Source of the DNA: an uncultured Nitrososphaerota archaeon
GTDB taxonomy: Archaea > Thermoproteota > Nitrososphaeria > Nitrososphaerales > Gagatemarchaeaceae
Direction: 5' to 3'
NCBI GenBank assembly: GCA_963703285.1
Contig: OY969807.1
Location: 960,001 to 1,024,000 of the forward strand
DNA length: 64,000 nt
Shown piece by piece: positions 38,237 to 49,100 of this stretch (its first letter is position 1; each line of letters opens with the position of its first letter). A program made the position numbers and the translations under genes. A model generated the notes under the pieces. It made no database searches, was not told the origin of the DNA, and saw nothing but the letters and a program-made list of their open reading frames with translations.

Positions 38237-39241
38237 ATGCGCATTGCCGTAGTTGGTGCTGGCGTCGCGGGCTCGTACCTGCTGAACCGGCTGGATGGTC
38301 ACCAGGTCGAGTGCTTCGAGATGCGGCCACAGGACAAGTGGTACACCGTCTGCGCTTGGGGGACAAGCGAGCCCTATATCTCCGACCTCGTCAAAAAGGC
38401 GGGTTTCAACTTCTCGGACTACGTCCTCCACCGCGGGAAGAAGATGACCGTCGACACCGGCAAGGGGACCTTCGACATACCCCTCAACGGGCTGGTGAGC
38501 TACGACAAACACAGGCTCTGCGAAGACATGCTCAAGGGGCATACCGTCCACTGGGGGACGCAGGTCAAGCAGCTCGACGGCAGGTTCGCTGACTTCGACC
38601 TGATCATCGACGCCACCGGGATGCAGCGTGCGCTACTCCCCAAAATCAAGAACGACATCATCGTACCCTGCGTGGAATACCAGGTGAAGTCGAACAAGTT
38701 CCCCTGGGACGACTTCTACATCAAGCCCTACCGTGGGTTGACGGGATACCTGTGGTACTTCCCCCTCTGGGAGGGGGTCGCCCACCTCGGAGCTGGCGAG
38801 CTCCACGGAGGATACAAGGGAGAGCTCGAGGCGATGCTGAAGAAGTATGACTGCGAGGTGATAAGGAAGATAGGCCGACCGGTGAGGATAATGCCCCCAT
38901 CCTACTGCCAGCCCTTCAGCCAGGGTAAGGTGGTCGGGGTCGGGGAGTCCATCGGTACGGTCTTCCCTATGCTAGGCGAGGGCATCATCCCCTCGATGCA
39001 GTGCGCAGACATGCTCGTCGACCACATAGACGACATGGAAGCCTACGCCGAGGAGGTGCTGAAGAGGACGGACATCTACACGAAGGGGTTCCGTTTTGTG
39101 AAGTCGAAGATGGACGGCGAGTTCAGCATGATGAGGAACCTGCCGGGGCTCCTCTCGGTCTACATGTTCATGCACGGGAACGAGAGGAGGTTCGGTATGG
39201 AGACCAGGCTCTCGGACCTGCGGAAGCTTGCGGCGGTTTAG
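38237..39241 (+). CDS. FAD-dependent oxidoreductase, GGR-like
   Basis: IAVVGAGVAG, CAWG, IDATG, GYLWYFP, VGESIGTVFPMLGEGI. Confidence 0.88.
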   Translation: MRIAVVGAGVAGSYLLNRLDGHQVECFEMRPQDKWYTVCAWGTSEPYISDLVKKAGFNFSDYVLHRGKKMTVDTGKGTFDIPLNGLVSYDKHRLCEDMLKGHTVHWGTQVKQLDGRFADFDLIIDATGMQRALLPKIKNDIIVPCVEYQVKSNKFPWDDFYIKPYRGLTGYLWYFPLWEGVAHLGAGELHGGYKGELEAMLKKYDCEVIRKIGRPVRIMPPSYCQPFSQGKVVGVGESIGTVFPMLGEGIIPSMQCADMLVDHIDDMEAYAEEVLKRTDIYTKGFRFVKSKMDGEFSMMRNLPGLLSVYMFMHGNERRFGMETRLSDLRKLAAV

Positions 39242-39286
39242 CGACCGGGCAAAACAAGATATTGATGTCCCGACGGGCTCTGGCTT

Positions 39287-39382
39287 GGGCCCGTAGCTCA
39301 GTACGGACAGAGTGGCAGCCCCCTAAGCTGTAGGGAGATCGTTATCTCGCAGAGGCCGAGGGTTCAAATCCCTCCGGGCCCG
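39287..39382 (+). tRNA. tRNA-Arg(CCT) with 21-nt variable-loop intron (39334-39354)
   Basis: GGGCCCG/CGGGCCC, GCAGC CC-CCT-AA GCTGT, GAGGG TTCAAAT CCCTC; BHB CUGU/GCAG, GAGAU/AUCUC hairpin; 75 nt spliced. Confidence 0.92.
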
Positions 39383-39531
39383 CTTCAAGGCACATCAGAA
39401 CAGGGCGCGGGAGTCTACGATGGGAATCCGTCCCCTACGACTGTTGACCAAATCGGAGGGAGAGCTCTCGAAGAGTTGAGATTCCCCGAGTGCGTAAGGA
39501 TATATATCTGGTATGCCATTTTGTCTACCGT

Positions 39532-40230
39532 ATGGTTTCGTCGTCGAAGGCAGGCCCAGCAGAGGACAACGCTCTGGAGGAGGAAGGACTGGACTCGATC
39601 CTTTTGGCGATTGAGAACCCGGTCAGGAGGAAGATCATTAGGAGGTTGAGCAGGCAGCCAAGCTACCAGCTTCAGATCTCTAGAGAGCTGGGCTTCAGCC
39701 AGCAATTGGTCGCCAAGCACCTTGACGCGATGGAGGGAACGGGGCTCGTCTCATCCCTCATGGAGGACAGCCCGCACGGTCCGCGGCGGCGAGAGTACCT
39801 GCTCAACAAGAGCATCTCGCTTAGCATCGACTTTGCGCCGAACCTCTTCCGGGCCAGGCTGTTCTCATTCGAGTCCCCCGAGAAAGAGATGTCGTCCGGC
39901 TCGAACGACCTCTTCAGGTCTCTGACCGACATCGCCCAGCGTCCGGAGGAGAGCGGGAACATGCGTCCGCTCGGATCTCTGATATCGGAGATCGACAAGA
40001 GGCTCGCGAACATCCAGGACGAGAGGTCTGTGCTGCTCTACGTCAGGCACCTCGCCATGACGGAGGTGGCCAGGGCCATCAGCGGGATGCCGATGACCTG
40101 GGATGAGAAGAAGGCGCTCTACCAGCTGATCAGCGAGCGAGATACGAGCGTCGAAGGAATTTCGAGGACCCTGAAGCTCAGGGAAGAATGGGTCAGGGGC
40201 GTCATCGCGAGCTTGCAGAGTAACCTCTGA
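39532..40230 (+). CDS. ArsR-type wHTH regulator (COG1777, Phr/HSR1-like)
   Basis: IENPVRRKIIRRL, ISRELGFSQQLVAKHL, GPRRREY, coiled-coil C-terminus. Confidence 0.82.
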   Translation: MVSSSKAGPAEDNALEEEGLDSILLAIENPVRRKIIRRLSRQPSYQLQISRELGFSQQLVAKHLDAMEGTGLVSSLMEDSPHGPRRREYLLNKSISLSIDFAPNLFRARLFSFESPEKEMSSGSNDLFRSLTDIAQRPEESGNMRPLGSLISEIDKRLANIQDERSVLLYVRHLAMTEVARAISGMPMTWDEKKALYQLISERDTSVEGISRTLKLREEWVRGVIASLQSNL

Positions 40231-40283
40231 GTCCTCTAAAAAAAGAGAAGAAGGGGCTCTTCCCGTTGGAAGATTACGACTGA

Positions 40284-40475
40284 TTATGCCTGGAAGGTCG
40301 TCTGCGGAACCCCGAGTTGCGTCTGAAGAGTCCTGATCCGCTCGGAGTATTCCTTCATTCTGACCGCGTCGTTCTGAACCTTGGCAATCTTGTATGCCTT
40401 CCATGCCTTCCTCAGTGCCCCCCACGTCTGGCCGGTTGTGTAGGTACTCGTCTTTGCTCTACCTCGTGAGAGCAC
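40284..40475 (-). CDS. Small basic protein of a type seen in Nitrososphaerota
   Basis: TTGQTWGALRKAWKAYKIAK...MKEYSERIRTLQ..LG. Confidence 0.7.
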   Translation of the reverse strand: MLSRGRAKTSTYTTGQTWGALRKAWKAYKIAKVQNDAVRMKEYSERIRTLQTQLGVPQTTFQA

Positions 40476-40553
40476 TGGGGTTTCGCGATATTTTGGGGAT
40501 GGAGTCTACAGAACTTGAGCAGTCGATGCGAACCGATTCAACTTGAAGCGCGG

Positions 40554-41162
40554 CTACTGCGATTGGGCCGCTGCGGCCGGGGCCCCTTCCTTGCTAGGAG
40601 AGGGTGCAGGCTGAGCCTCGACTGGAGGGGCTGCCTGAGGTTCCGCGGGAGAGGCCGCTGGAGGCGGTGACTCCGCGGCTGGGGCTTCGACCGGTGCGGC
40701 TCCCGCGGGTATGGCGGAGACCGCTTCTGTTATCGCCTTCGAGATTTCGTCCTTCGTCTTGCCGCGAGTCTCAATCTTAAGGATCCTCGCCATCTCGATC
40801 AGCATCTGGTCCGAGGACTTGGGCGGTGCGGGAAGGGCGACCGCGTCACCGACTGGAGTGACAGCGGGTGTAGGACTTCCCTGAGGGACAACAGCCTGCC
40901 CGGGCGCAGGTTTCTCTTCAGCGGTCCCGGCCATCCCGGCCCCCAGGAGAGCATTGCTGAGAGTGTCTATGTTGAGATTGCCGCTGCTGATACCCGATTG
41001 GAGCTCCTTCGTGATACCCGACAGCTGCTTCGTCGCGCCGTCCAACTGCTTCCTCGCGCTTGCGAGCGTCTTCGCCATCTCGGGAATCTTGTCAGGTCCC
41101 CAAATCAGTATGCCGGCTCCCATCAAAAGGACTATGCCCCACTCGAGCGGGTCCAAGGCCAT
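40554..41162 (-). CDS. tatA: Twin-arginine translocase TatA/TatB subunit
   Basis: DPLEW TM, WGPDKIPEMAKTL amphipathic helix, Pro/Ala-rich tail. Confidence 0.85.
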   Translation of the reverse strand: MALDPLEWGIVLLMGAGILIWGPDKIPEMAKTLASARKQLDGATKQLSGITKELQSGISSGNLNIDTLSNALLGAGMAGTAEEKPAPGQAVVPQGSPTPAVTPVGDAVALPAPPKSSDQMLIEMARILKIETRGKTKDEISKAITEAVSAIPAGAAPVEAPAAESPPPAASPAEPQAAPPVEAQPAPSPSKEGAPAAAAQSQ

Positions 41163-41305
41163 TTCCAGCTCCCGCGAATTTTGCGCCGCGTCCGTTATTT
41201 AAGGGAAGTGGCCGGTTGTGAAGTGGCCGAAGGGCGAAGTGACCCGCGTTGGAGGAGGAGGTAATAGCCACAAATAGAGGATTAGGGGTGGAACGGAGGA
41301 TGCAA

Positions 41306-42391
41306 ATGGGCTCGACGAGAATCGACCGGCTCCGTGATAAGATCTCCAGTAGGGAACTCGAGGGCGTAGTGCTCGCCCCGGGGCCCAACATAGAGTACTT
41401 CACAGGCGTGCGTTCTCAGATGCTGGAGCGGCCCTTCCTCCTCTTCGTCACGAGGGAGGGGGAACCCCACCTTGTCGCCCCGACGCTCGAATCAGGGCCA
41501 TACGCGAGGTCCACCGTCAAGATTGACCTGCACAGCTGGGACGACGCTAGCGGGCCGTCTGGGGCGTTCGCCTTGTTGCGTAGGAAGATTGGCCTGAAGG
41601 GAAAGTGGGGATGCGAGGGGCGCGTGCCGTACGGGTACCTCGTCCACATAATGAGGGAGGGCACGGAGCTCGTCTCCGCCGATCCCCTCTTGCAGTCGAT
41701 AAGAGAGGTGAAGGATGCCTCTGAACTCGACCTGCTCAGGAGGGCCGCCAAGGTCCTGGGGAAGGCGTTCACCGAGGTCCCGAACATGATGAAGGCAGGG
41801 ATGAGCGAGCTGGACCTTGCGGGCGAGTTGAGGGAGGAGATACTCGCGCTCGGAGGGGAGGCGGTCGACTTCTGCAGCGTACAGGCCGGGGTCCACGGCG
41901 CCGACCCGCACTGGGCTTCATCCAAGAGCGTCATCTCCAAGGGGCTCGGCGTCGTAATCGATGTTGGGTGCACCATCTCCGGGTACAACGCCGACATAAC
42001 GAGGACGTTCATAATGGGCAGAAACCCCGAGGTCGAGGAAGCGTACGGAATCGTGCTTCAGGCCCAGAAGAACGGAATCAGGGCGGTCGGGCCAGGTAAG
42101 ACCGTGGGGGAGATCGATGAGGCCACCCGGGACTACATAGAGAAGAAGGGCCTCGGCAAGTACTTCTTCCACCGTACGGGGCACGGCCTCGGGTTGGAAA
42201 TCCACGAGGAGCCCTACATCGTCTCTGGCGGCAAGAAGAAGCTCAGGGAGGGCATGGTCTTCACGGTGGAGCCCGGCGTCTACCTCGCGGGGAGGTACGG
42301 CGTGAGGATCGAGGACGACGTGGTCGTCACCCCAAGCGGGTGCGACGTCATCACGAAGTCGGTCCCGAAAGAGTTCGGCTGGTGGAAGTGA
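41306..42391 (+). CDS. Xaa-Pro peptidase (M24B)
   Basis: IDVGC..GYNADITRT, HRTGHGLGLEIHEEP, TVEPG, GVRIEDD. Confidence 0.95.
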   Translation: MGSTRIDRLRDKISSRELEGVVLAPGPNIEYFTGVRSQMLERPFLLFVTREGEPHLVAPTLESGPYARSTVKIDLHSWDDASGPSGAFALLRRKIGLKGKWGCEGRVPYGYLVHIMREGTELVSADPLLQSIREVKDASELDLLRRAAKVLGKAFTEVPNMMKAGMSELDLAGELREEILALGGEAVDFCSVQAGVHGADPHWASSKSVISKGLGVVIDVGCTISGYNADITRTFIMGRNPEVEEAYGIVLQAQKNGIRAVGPGKTVGEIDEATRDYIEKKGLGKYFFHRTGHGLGLEIHEEPYIVSGGKKKLREGMVFTVEPGVYLAGRYGVRIEDDVVVTPSGCDVITKSVPKEFGWWK

Positions 42392-44082
42392 CGAGGAACC
42401 ATGACGTCGCAGAGTTGCTTGAGAGGCTCTCTCTCCTGTCGGAGGCGAGCGGCGATGACAGGTTCAAGGCAATAGCCTACAGGAGGGCCGCGACTAGCGT
42501 AAAGAACCTGGACGAGGATATCGAAGATGTCTGGAAGCGCGGGGAGCTCACCCAGATAAAGTTCGTAGGCGAGGGAATCGCTAAGAAAATCGACGAGTAC
42601 CTCAGGACGGGGAAGCTCGAGTTCCTCGGGAAGTTGGAGAAGAGGGTGCCAGAGGGTACCACCGAGCTCATGCAGGTCTCGGGCATCGGTCCACGGACGG
42701 CGTACAAGCTGTCGAAGGAGTATGGCGTGAAGAGCATCGCCCAGCTGAGGGCCGACCTGGGCGCGGGGAAGCTGAACCAGGCGCTCGGGGAGGTGATGTC
42801 CAAGAAGATCCTCGAGTCGGTGGAGAAGATGAAGACGGGGCAGACGCGAATGCTGCTCGTCGAGGCGACATACCTCTCGAGAGAGCTCGTCTCGTACTTC
42901 GAGGCGCAGGGGCTCAGGGTCGACGTGGCGGGGAGCCTGAGGAGGGGCAAGAGCACCGTGGGCGACCTAGACATACTCTGCGGCGACGCGCGCGGTACGG
43001 AGCTGCTGGTTGGCTTCCCGGGGGTGGAGCGGGTGATCGAGAGCGGCCCGACCAAGACCAGCGTCTTCCTTAGGAACGGCGTCCAGGTCGATATCCGGGT
43101 GCTGGGGAAGGAGGAGTACGGGGCCGCCCTGCTCTACTTCACCGGGTCAAAGGAACACAACATAATCCTGCGGAATCTCTCCATCGAGAAGGGGTGGAAG
43201 CTGAACGAGTACGGTCTCTTCGAGGTCAAGACGGGCAGGAGGATCGCCGGAAAGAGCGAGGCGGGTGTCTACCGGAAGCTCGGGCTGGATTTCATTCCGC
43301 CAGAGCTGAGGGAGGCCAGGGGCGAGGTCGAGGCCGCGAAGGAGGGGAGGCTCCCGACGCTCGTCGAGATGGCCGACCTGAAGGGGGACCTCCAGATGCA
43401 CAGCACGTGGAGCGACGGGGCCGACAAGCTCGGGGAGATGGCCAGGGCCGCCAAGGAGAGGGGGTACGAGTACATCGCGGTAACGGACCACTCCTTCTCA
43501 GCGGGTATAGCCAACGGCCTATCCGAGGAGCGTTTCGGGAAGCAGTGGAAGGAGATCGACGAGCTGAACGACGAACTGAGGCCGTTCAGGATCATCAAGG
43601 CCGTGGAAGCAGAGGTGAGGTCGGACGGCAGCCTGGACTTCGACCGGGCGTTCTTCGAGAACTTCGAGATGGTGGGCGCTTCCATCCACCAGGCCTACAG
43701 GCAGAGCCCCGAGAAGCTGACCGAGCGGGCGCTCAAGGCGCTCTCCCACCCCTCGGTCGACGTGCTCTTCCATCCGACCAACAGGCTGATCGGGAAGAGG
43801 GAGCCCAACCCAATCGACCTGCCCAAGGTCATAGCCGCCGCGAGGGACAACGGGAAGATGCTCGAGATAGACGGCTCCCCCATGAGGCTCGACCTCGATG
43901 AGGTCTGGGCGAGGAAGGCCATGGAAGAAGGTGTGGCGCTGATGATCGATTCTGATGCCCACAGCACGGGCGAGCTGGCCAACGTCGAGTACGGCACCAT
44001 AGTGGCGAGGAGGGGATGGCTTGAGAGGGGGGACGTCGCGAACGCTCTGCCTCTCAGCGGCCTTCTGAAGAAGTTCAGCTGA
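42388..44082 (+). CDS. polX: DNA polymerase X with PHP domain
   Basis: GIGPRTA HhH, AGSLRRGKSTVGDLDIL, YFTGSKEHN, DLQMHSTWSDG, TDHS, DSDAH; GTG overlaps the upstream stop. Confidence 0.95.
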   Translation: MTRNHDVAELLERLSLLSEASGDDRFKAIAYRRAATSVKNLDEDIEDVWKRGELTQIKFVGEGIAKKIDEYLRTGKLEFLGKLEKRVPEGTTELMQVSGIGPRTAYKLSKEYGVKSIAQLRADLGAGKLNQALGEVMSKKILESVEKMKTGQTRMLLVEATYLSRELVSYFEAQGLRVDVAGSLRRGKSTVGDLDILCGDARGTELLVGFPGVERVIESGPTKTSVFLRNGVQVDIRVLGKEEYGAALLYFTGSKEHNIILRNLSIEKGWKLNEYGLFEVKTGRRIAGKSEAGVYRKLGLDFIPPELREARGEVEAAKEGRLPTLVEMADLKGDLQMHSTWSDGADKLGEMARAAKERGYEYIAVTDHSFSAGIANGLSEERFGKQWKEIDELNDELRPFRIIKAVEAEVRSDGSLDFDRAFFENFEMVGASIHQAYRQSPEKLTERALKALSHPSVDVLFHPTNRLIGKREPNPIDLPKVIAAARDNGKMLEIDGSPMRLDLDEVWARKAMEEGVALMIDSDAHSTGELANVEYGTIVARRGWLERGDVANALPLSGLLKKFS

Positions 44083-44142
44083 CATCATTGGCATCGGGTC
44101 GCCCTCGAAACCCTTTTCATCCCTGCCGCGGCCCGAGCGAAT

Positions 44143-44271
44143 GCGGGGGTAGCCAAGCCTGGCCAACGACGTCGCGAGACGGTGGAAGCGTGGGACTTAA
44201 GCGCGGGTGTCCGGGCTCGCAGAGATATCCCATCCCCCAGGGGTTCGTGGGTTCGAATCCCACCCCCCGCA
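44143..44271 (+). tRNA. tRNA-Leu(TAA) with two introns (44169-44187 in D-arm; 44202-44226 canonical 37/38)
   Basis: GCGGGGG/CCCCCGC, TGGGA CT-TAA-G|A TCCCA, long variable arm, GTGGG TTCGAAT CCCAC; 85 nt spliced. Confidence 0.92.
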
Positions 44272-44381
44272 CTGCAATCAAAAAGGGTGGAGGTGAAGAG
44301 AATCAGCTGTTGGATTCTCCTCTATTCAATCGCAATAGCTAATAAGCGAGTCCGAATCTCCAGGACCTGATTCGCGGAACC

Positions 44382-45080
44382 ATGTCATCGAACGAGGATC
44401 TCTTCACGCCGATCCACAAAGCGCTCCGCTCAATGATCTACGGCCTCTCGAGTCGACTCCAGACGAACGACTTCGCTGACTTGACAACAACGAAATCCCT
44501 AGTCAACGACCTTGAGAACGACTTCGCTATTGCGCGGTCGGCTGGATGCACTCTTTGCGTACTCAATCAACACGCCCAGGATGAAGAGGCTGCGATTTTC
44601 CCCGACGCGACCAAAGCCGGGAATGAGTTGATTGCCACCTTAATCGAGCAGCACCATGACTTGGCTCGCCGTGAAGCGTCACTCGCTCGGTCCGCGAACA
44701 CTCTCTTGGCAATCGAGAACCCCGAAGGCCGAGTGGAGGCCGGGATACGGTTGAATCAATCGGCTAACGAACTCTTCGCGGCGTATATTGCTCACATGAA
44801 TCGCGAGGAGACCGACCTCGTCCCATGGATGAAGGAGCACTTTTCTGACGCACAGATGGTTGCCATGCGAGGCGCCATCATGGGTCGAACGCCACCGGAT
44901 CGGATGTTCGTGGTCCTGGGATGGATGCTTCCGTCCCTCAACGTCCGAGAGCTGTCTGGTCTCATCCGTGAGGTTAAGACGGCTGTGCCACCTCAGGCAT
45001 TCAAAGCAATAACAGACCTGTGCGAAGCGAGAGTCGACCCCACTCGCTGGGACGCAGTTAGACAGAGTGCCGGTCTGTAG
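44382..45080 (+). CDS. Hemerythrin-like (HHE) domain protein
   Basis: IHKALR, HAQDEE, EQHH, HMNREE. Confidence 0.85.
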   Translation: MSSNEDLFTPIHKALRSMIYGLSSRLQTNDFADLTTTKSLVNDLENDFAIARSAGCTLCVLNQHAQDEEAAIFPDATKAGNELIATLIEQHHDLARREASLARSANTLLAIENPEGRVEAGIRLNQSANELFAAYIAHMNREETDLVPWMKEHFSDAQMVAMRGAIMGRTPPDRMFVVLGWMLPSLNVRELSGLIREVKTAVPPQAFKAITDLCEARVDPTRWDAVRQSAGL

Positions 45081-45266
45081 TCCCGTGGTCACAATACGCA
45101 GTTTGGTTAAACCCATCCCCCGCACACTCGTCACTTGAAGACGGAGTTTCGACAATCTCTGTGTCAAGCCGCGATTTCCCGTTGCTGATTTGGGAAAGTA
45201 CAACCTCTCGAGCAACACGCAGTGTATAAGGGCAGCAGCGGGTCCGAAGCGTCGAGGCAACTAGGG

Positions 45267-46183
45267 ATGAGCGAATCGAAGGAGAACTGGGTTTCGGGGA
45301 AGACCTGCATGATAACGGGAAGCAACTCCGGCATAGGGAAGGCGACAGCTCTTGCCCTCGCGAAGATGGGGGCCTCGGTGGTGATGGTCTGCAGGGACCA
45401 AGCCAGGGGCGAAGCGGCGAGGAGGGATATCCTGGCGCAGAGCGGGGCGAAAGAAGCGGATGTGACCCCCATACTCGCGGACCTGTCCACACTCGATTCG
45501 GTGCGTGCCCTTGCGGCCGAGTTCCAGAAGACCGGCGGGAAGCTACACGTACTCGTCAACAACGCGGGGTGATCCTCGGCAAAAGGATCGTCACGAAGGA
45601 TGGGCTTGAGACCACCTTCGTCGTCAACTACCTCTCCCATTTTCTCCTCACTAATCTCCTCCTGGAGACAATCAAGTCGTCGGCGCCGGCCAGGATAATC
45701 AACGTCAGTTCGGGCGCGCACGCATCAGGGCACATCGACTTCGGGGATCTCCAGGAGGAAAACAAGTACGGAGCCATGAAGGCGTACTCCCAGTCCAAGC
45801 TGGCCCAGATACTCTTCACGCACGAGTTGGCAAGGCGGCTGCAGGGGACCGGTGTCACCGTGAACAGCGTCCATCCTGGCGTCGTCGCCACGAACTGGGC
45901 CCGCCATTCGGCGGGCGCCCTCAGCATTGGGGTGAGGCTCGGGAGCCCGTTCATGGCGAGCCCGGAGAAGGGCGCCGAAACCTCGATCTACCTTGCGACC
46001 TCCTCCGATGTCGCGGGAGTCACCGGGAGGTACTTTACAAAGAAGAGGGAGACGAGGTCCTCGACCGAGTCCTATGAAGACGAAGCGGCGAAGAGGCTCT
46101 GGGAGGTCAGCGCGTCGCTCGTGGGCTCGGGGGGGCATCCAGGGAAGTTCCTCAGCCGCTCCACTGAGGCTGGGGAGGGGTAG
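45267..46183 (+). CDS. SDR (retinol dehydrogenase-like), frameshifted at G-run ~45566-45570
   Basis: TGSNSGIG, NNAG|(V)ILG, YSQSK, VHPGVV. Confidence 0.85.
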
Positions 46184-49100
46184 CCGGATTCGGCTCTGCC
46201 CTAGGGGCGCTCCTCCGGCTCACCGAGATTACCGCCACGACGAGCGCGAGGACTGTCGCGAGGCCCAGGCCGTATAGGCCGTAGGTCAGGGTGTTGACGC
46301 TGCTCTTGAGCGAGCCTATGGTGCCCTGGTCGGACGAAATCTGCGAGGTCAGGGAGCTGATGGAGTTGTTGACAGCAGCGAGCTTGCCCTCCGCGCTGAA
46401 GACCACCGTCGTCGAGGAGGACATCCCGTCCTGCTGCGTGGCCACCACGCTGAGGGTGTGCACTCCGAGGGACAGGGCGCCCGAGTCGAGAGGGAAGCTG
46501 AAGGAAGACGGGCCCCCGCTCATGGTCGCGATTGTGGCGCCGTCGAGGTACACTGTAACAGAGGCAACCTGCTGTCCTGAGACCGTAAAGCTGCCAGTGG
46601 CCCCGTTGTAGTTCTGGTTCTCCGCGGGCGTCTGGATGGAGACGACGGGGACGGACGGGGTGACCGACGAGAGGGTAGAGCCGTTCAGCGAGACGGTGGA
46701 CCCGGTGAGCTGCAGCGACTGGAGGCTTGACTGGAGAATCGTCAGCTTGCTGTTCTGCGCGATGACGGTTCCTCCCGTGACATCCATGAGCGTCACTTGG
46801 GCGTTCTTGATGTAGAGAGTCCCGTTGATCTGGGACGACGAGACGGCGAAGGTCCCACCCTCTATCGTGTTGGTGCCCTGGAATAGGTCGCCACTGAGAG
46901 AGGACGGGACTGATATCACGTCGTTCGAGAAGGCAACCTGCGAGCCTTGGGGGAGGGAGATCAGGTCCTGGCCTGAAATGTAGAGGTAGGGCTGTATGAA
47001 TATGCCCTGTTGGGTCGAGATGTTCGTCGAAGTCGGGACGCCGTCGGCCGACAGCCCGGAGACGAATACGTCGTACGGTCCTGTGATGTAGAGCGTGCCC
47101 GGGTCGATATCGACGGACCCCCCGGAGTTGTACGCGGAGGGCAGGGTGATGTTCCCGGACCAGATGCCCGTGTTGGACTGGTACCAGAGCGGGACCTGGA
47201 TTGTCTCGGTGAGCGCGTTATAGTCGTTCTGCAGGTCGCTCGGATAGACGGTGGCGGAGTACATGCCGTACTTGACGGCGGTGCCATTGGAGTAGTCAAT
47301 CTTCGCGGAGACCGCGACGGTCTCTCCCTGGAACTGAACGGATGGGGAGATCGAAATGCGGGGTACCGTATCGGTCGGGGCGACGTACACCTGACCGAAG
47401 TAAGACCCGTTGACCCATCCGCCCAGGGTGAAAGAGTTGAACGACGAGCTAAGAATCACATTGTACAACCCCGGGGGAGTATCGTAGGGGACGGTGAGGG
47501 CACCCTGGATACCCTCTGTCGTGGTGAGGTACGTGTTCGAGTAGAGCGTCTGCGTAGCGACGGCGACCCCGGACTGGCTCACCAAGGAGACGGTGACGTT
47601 CGATCCGACCTCGACGTCGTATTCGACCGAGAGTCCCGTCTCAATCGAGACGAGAGCGGGGATGTTGGCGGGAGGCAAGAGAGAAGCTAGGACGAAGATG
47701 GACTGGCCCGGCGCTACAACTCCCGGTTCGGCTAGGACCGACGTCTCGATGAACGAGCCCTGCATCCCGACGCCGTTGATTATCGGCAGGTAACAGTAGA
47801 CACCGTCGTTCCCCGTGAAGACCATGGGTCCGTAAGGATAGAAGCCGTTGAGAATCCCCTGCCAGTACGATCCGAAGCCGTCAATGACTGGGGTGGTAGC
47901 CACCTTCGTGTACGTGTTGGAGGTGAGAGAATAGGAGTACGCGCTGAAGCTAAACTGGCCCGAATCCACGGGAACCCCGGTCAGTGTCGTGATGTTCGCG
48001 GCCAGGATTATGCCAAACTGCGTGTCGTAGGCGACATCGGGCGATGGGGAGATGATGTCGGCCAGGTATCCCGCAAAGATCACCGAGAATCCTGTCCCGG
48101 AGACCACACCCGAGGTCCCCTTGACCGTGACGTAGGCGAGGCCCGACGCGTTCTGCGGGGACGCGAACTCGCCGGTCCAGGAGCGCGTGAGGCTGCTGTA
48201 GGTCAGCGGCACGGTAACGAGCGTGCCCGTCAGCGTGTCAAGTTCCGCCGTGAAGGTCCCCGTTGAGACAGCCGACGCACCGTTGGTGACCACGGCGCTG
48301 ACCGAAAGGACCGCCCCTGCAAGCACGTCGACAGGCTGTTCTCCGCTCTCGCTCACGGTCACGTTGACAGCGAGCGCGTTCGACTCTGCGGCACCGAGGC
48401 CCTTGTGAGCCATCTCGCCTATGTTAGGAGCCCCCCACCCTGTGGCCAGGTTGTAGCCGCTGCCTGCGACCCAAGGTATAGTGTAGCCGAAGGTTATCGG
48501 GTAGAAGTCCTTAGAATAGAGCGATCGGCTCTCGGCGAGGCTGTAGAGGCTCGGGTTGATCAGCCCCAGGGGCGACTTCGCAGAGGCCATGAGGAGCGTG
48601 AGCAGACCCGCGAAGAGCGGCGAGGCCTCGCTCGTCCCGCCGACCACCTCAGTGAGGTTTCCTGGGACCACGACCAGCACTCCCGGATACACGTTGGCGT
48701 TGAGAGAGATGTCCGGCACCTCCCTTCCTGAGGGGAACCCTGGGGGCGTCGTCAGCTCAGACTGGTACCACGGCTTGGGTTCGAGGGTGCTCACGCCCCC
48801 GGTTCCCCCTCCGTAGTTCACCTCATCGGGGACGAATCCGTAGTTGGACCACGCCGTCTCATAGGAGGAGGTGACCTGAGACCCTTGAAACGTCAGGTAG
48901 GTCGTCGTGCCGCCCACGGCGACGACGTAGGGCGACGTAGACGGGTAACCTACGGTGCCCTCCGGCCCTCCCGAGAAACCGCTCCCGCCCGTGTCTCCGG
49001 TGGACGAGATGAAGGTGATTCCCAGCGCGGACCCGAGCATGTAATACTGGTCGGTGAGAGCGATGTTGAGCTCGAAGCTGCTCGAACCTAGGGAAGAGAG

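Noticed and set aside
45560-45575. Programmed frameshifting in the SDR, thermosome or nurA genes
   Set aside because: No slippery heptamers or stimulatory structures; homopolymer or indel error is simpler.
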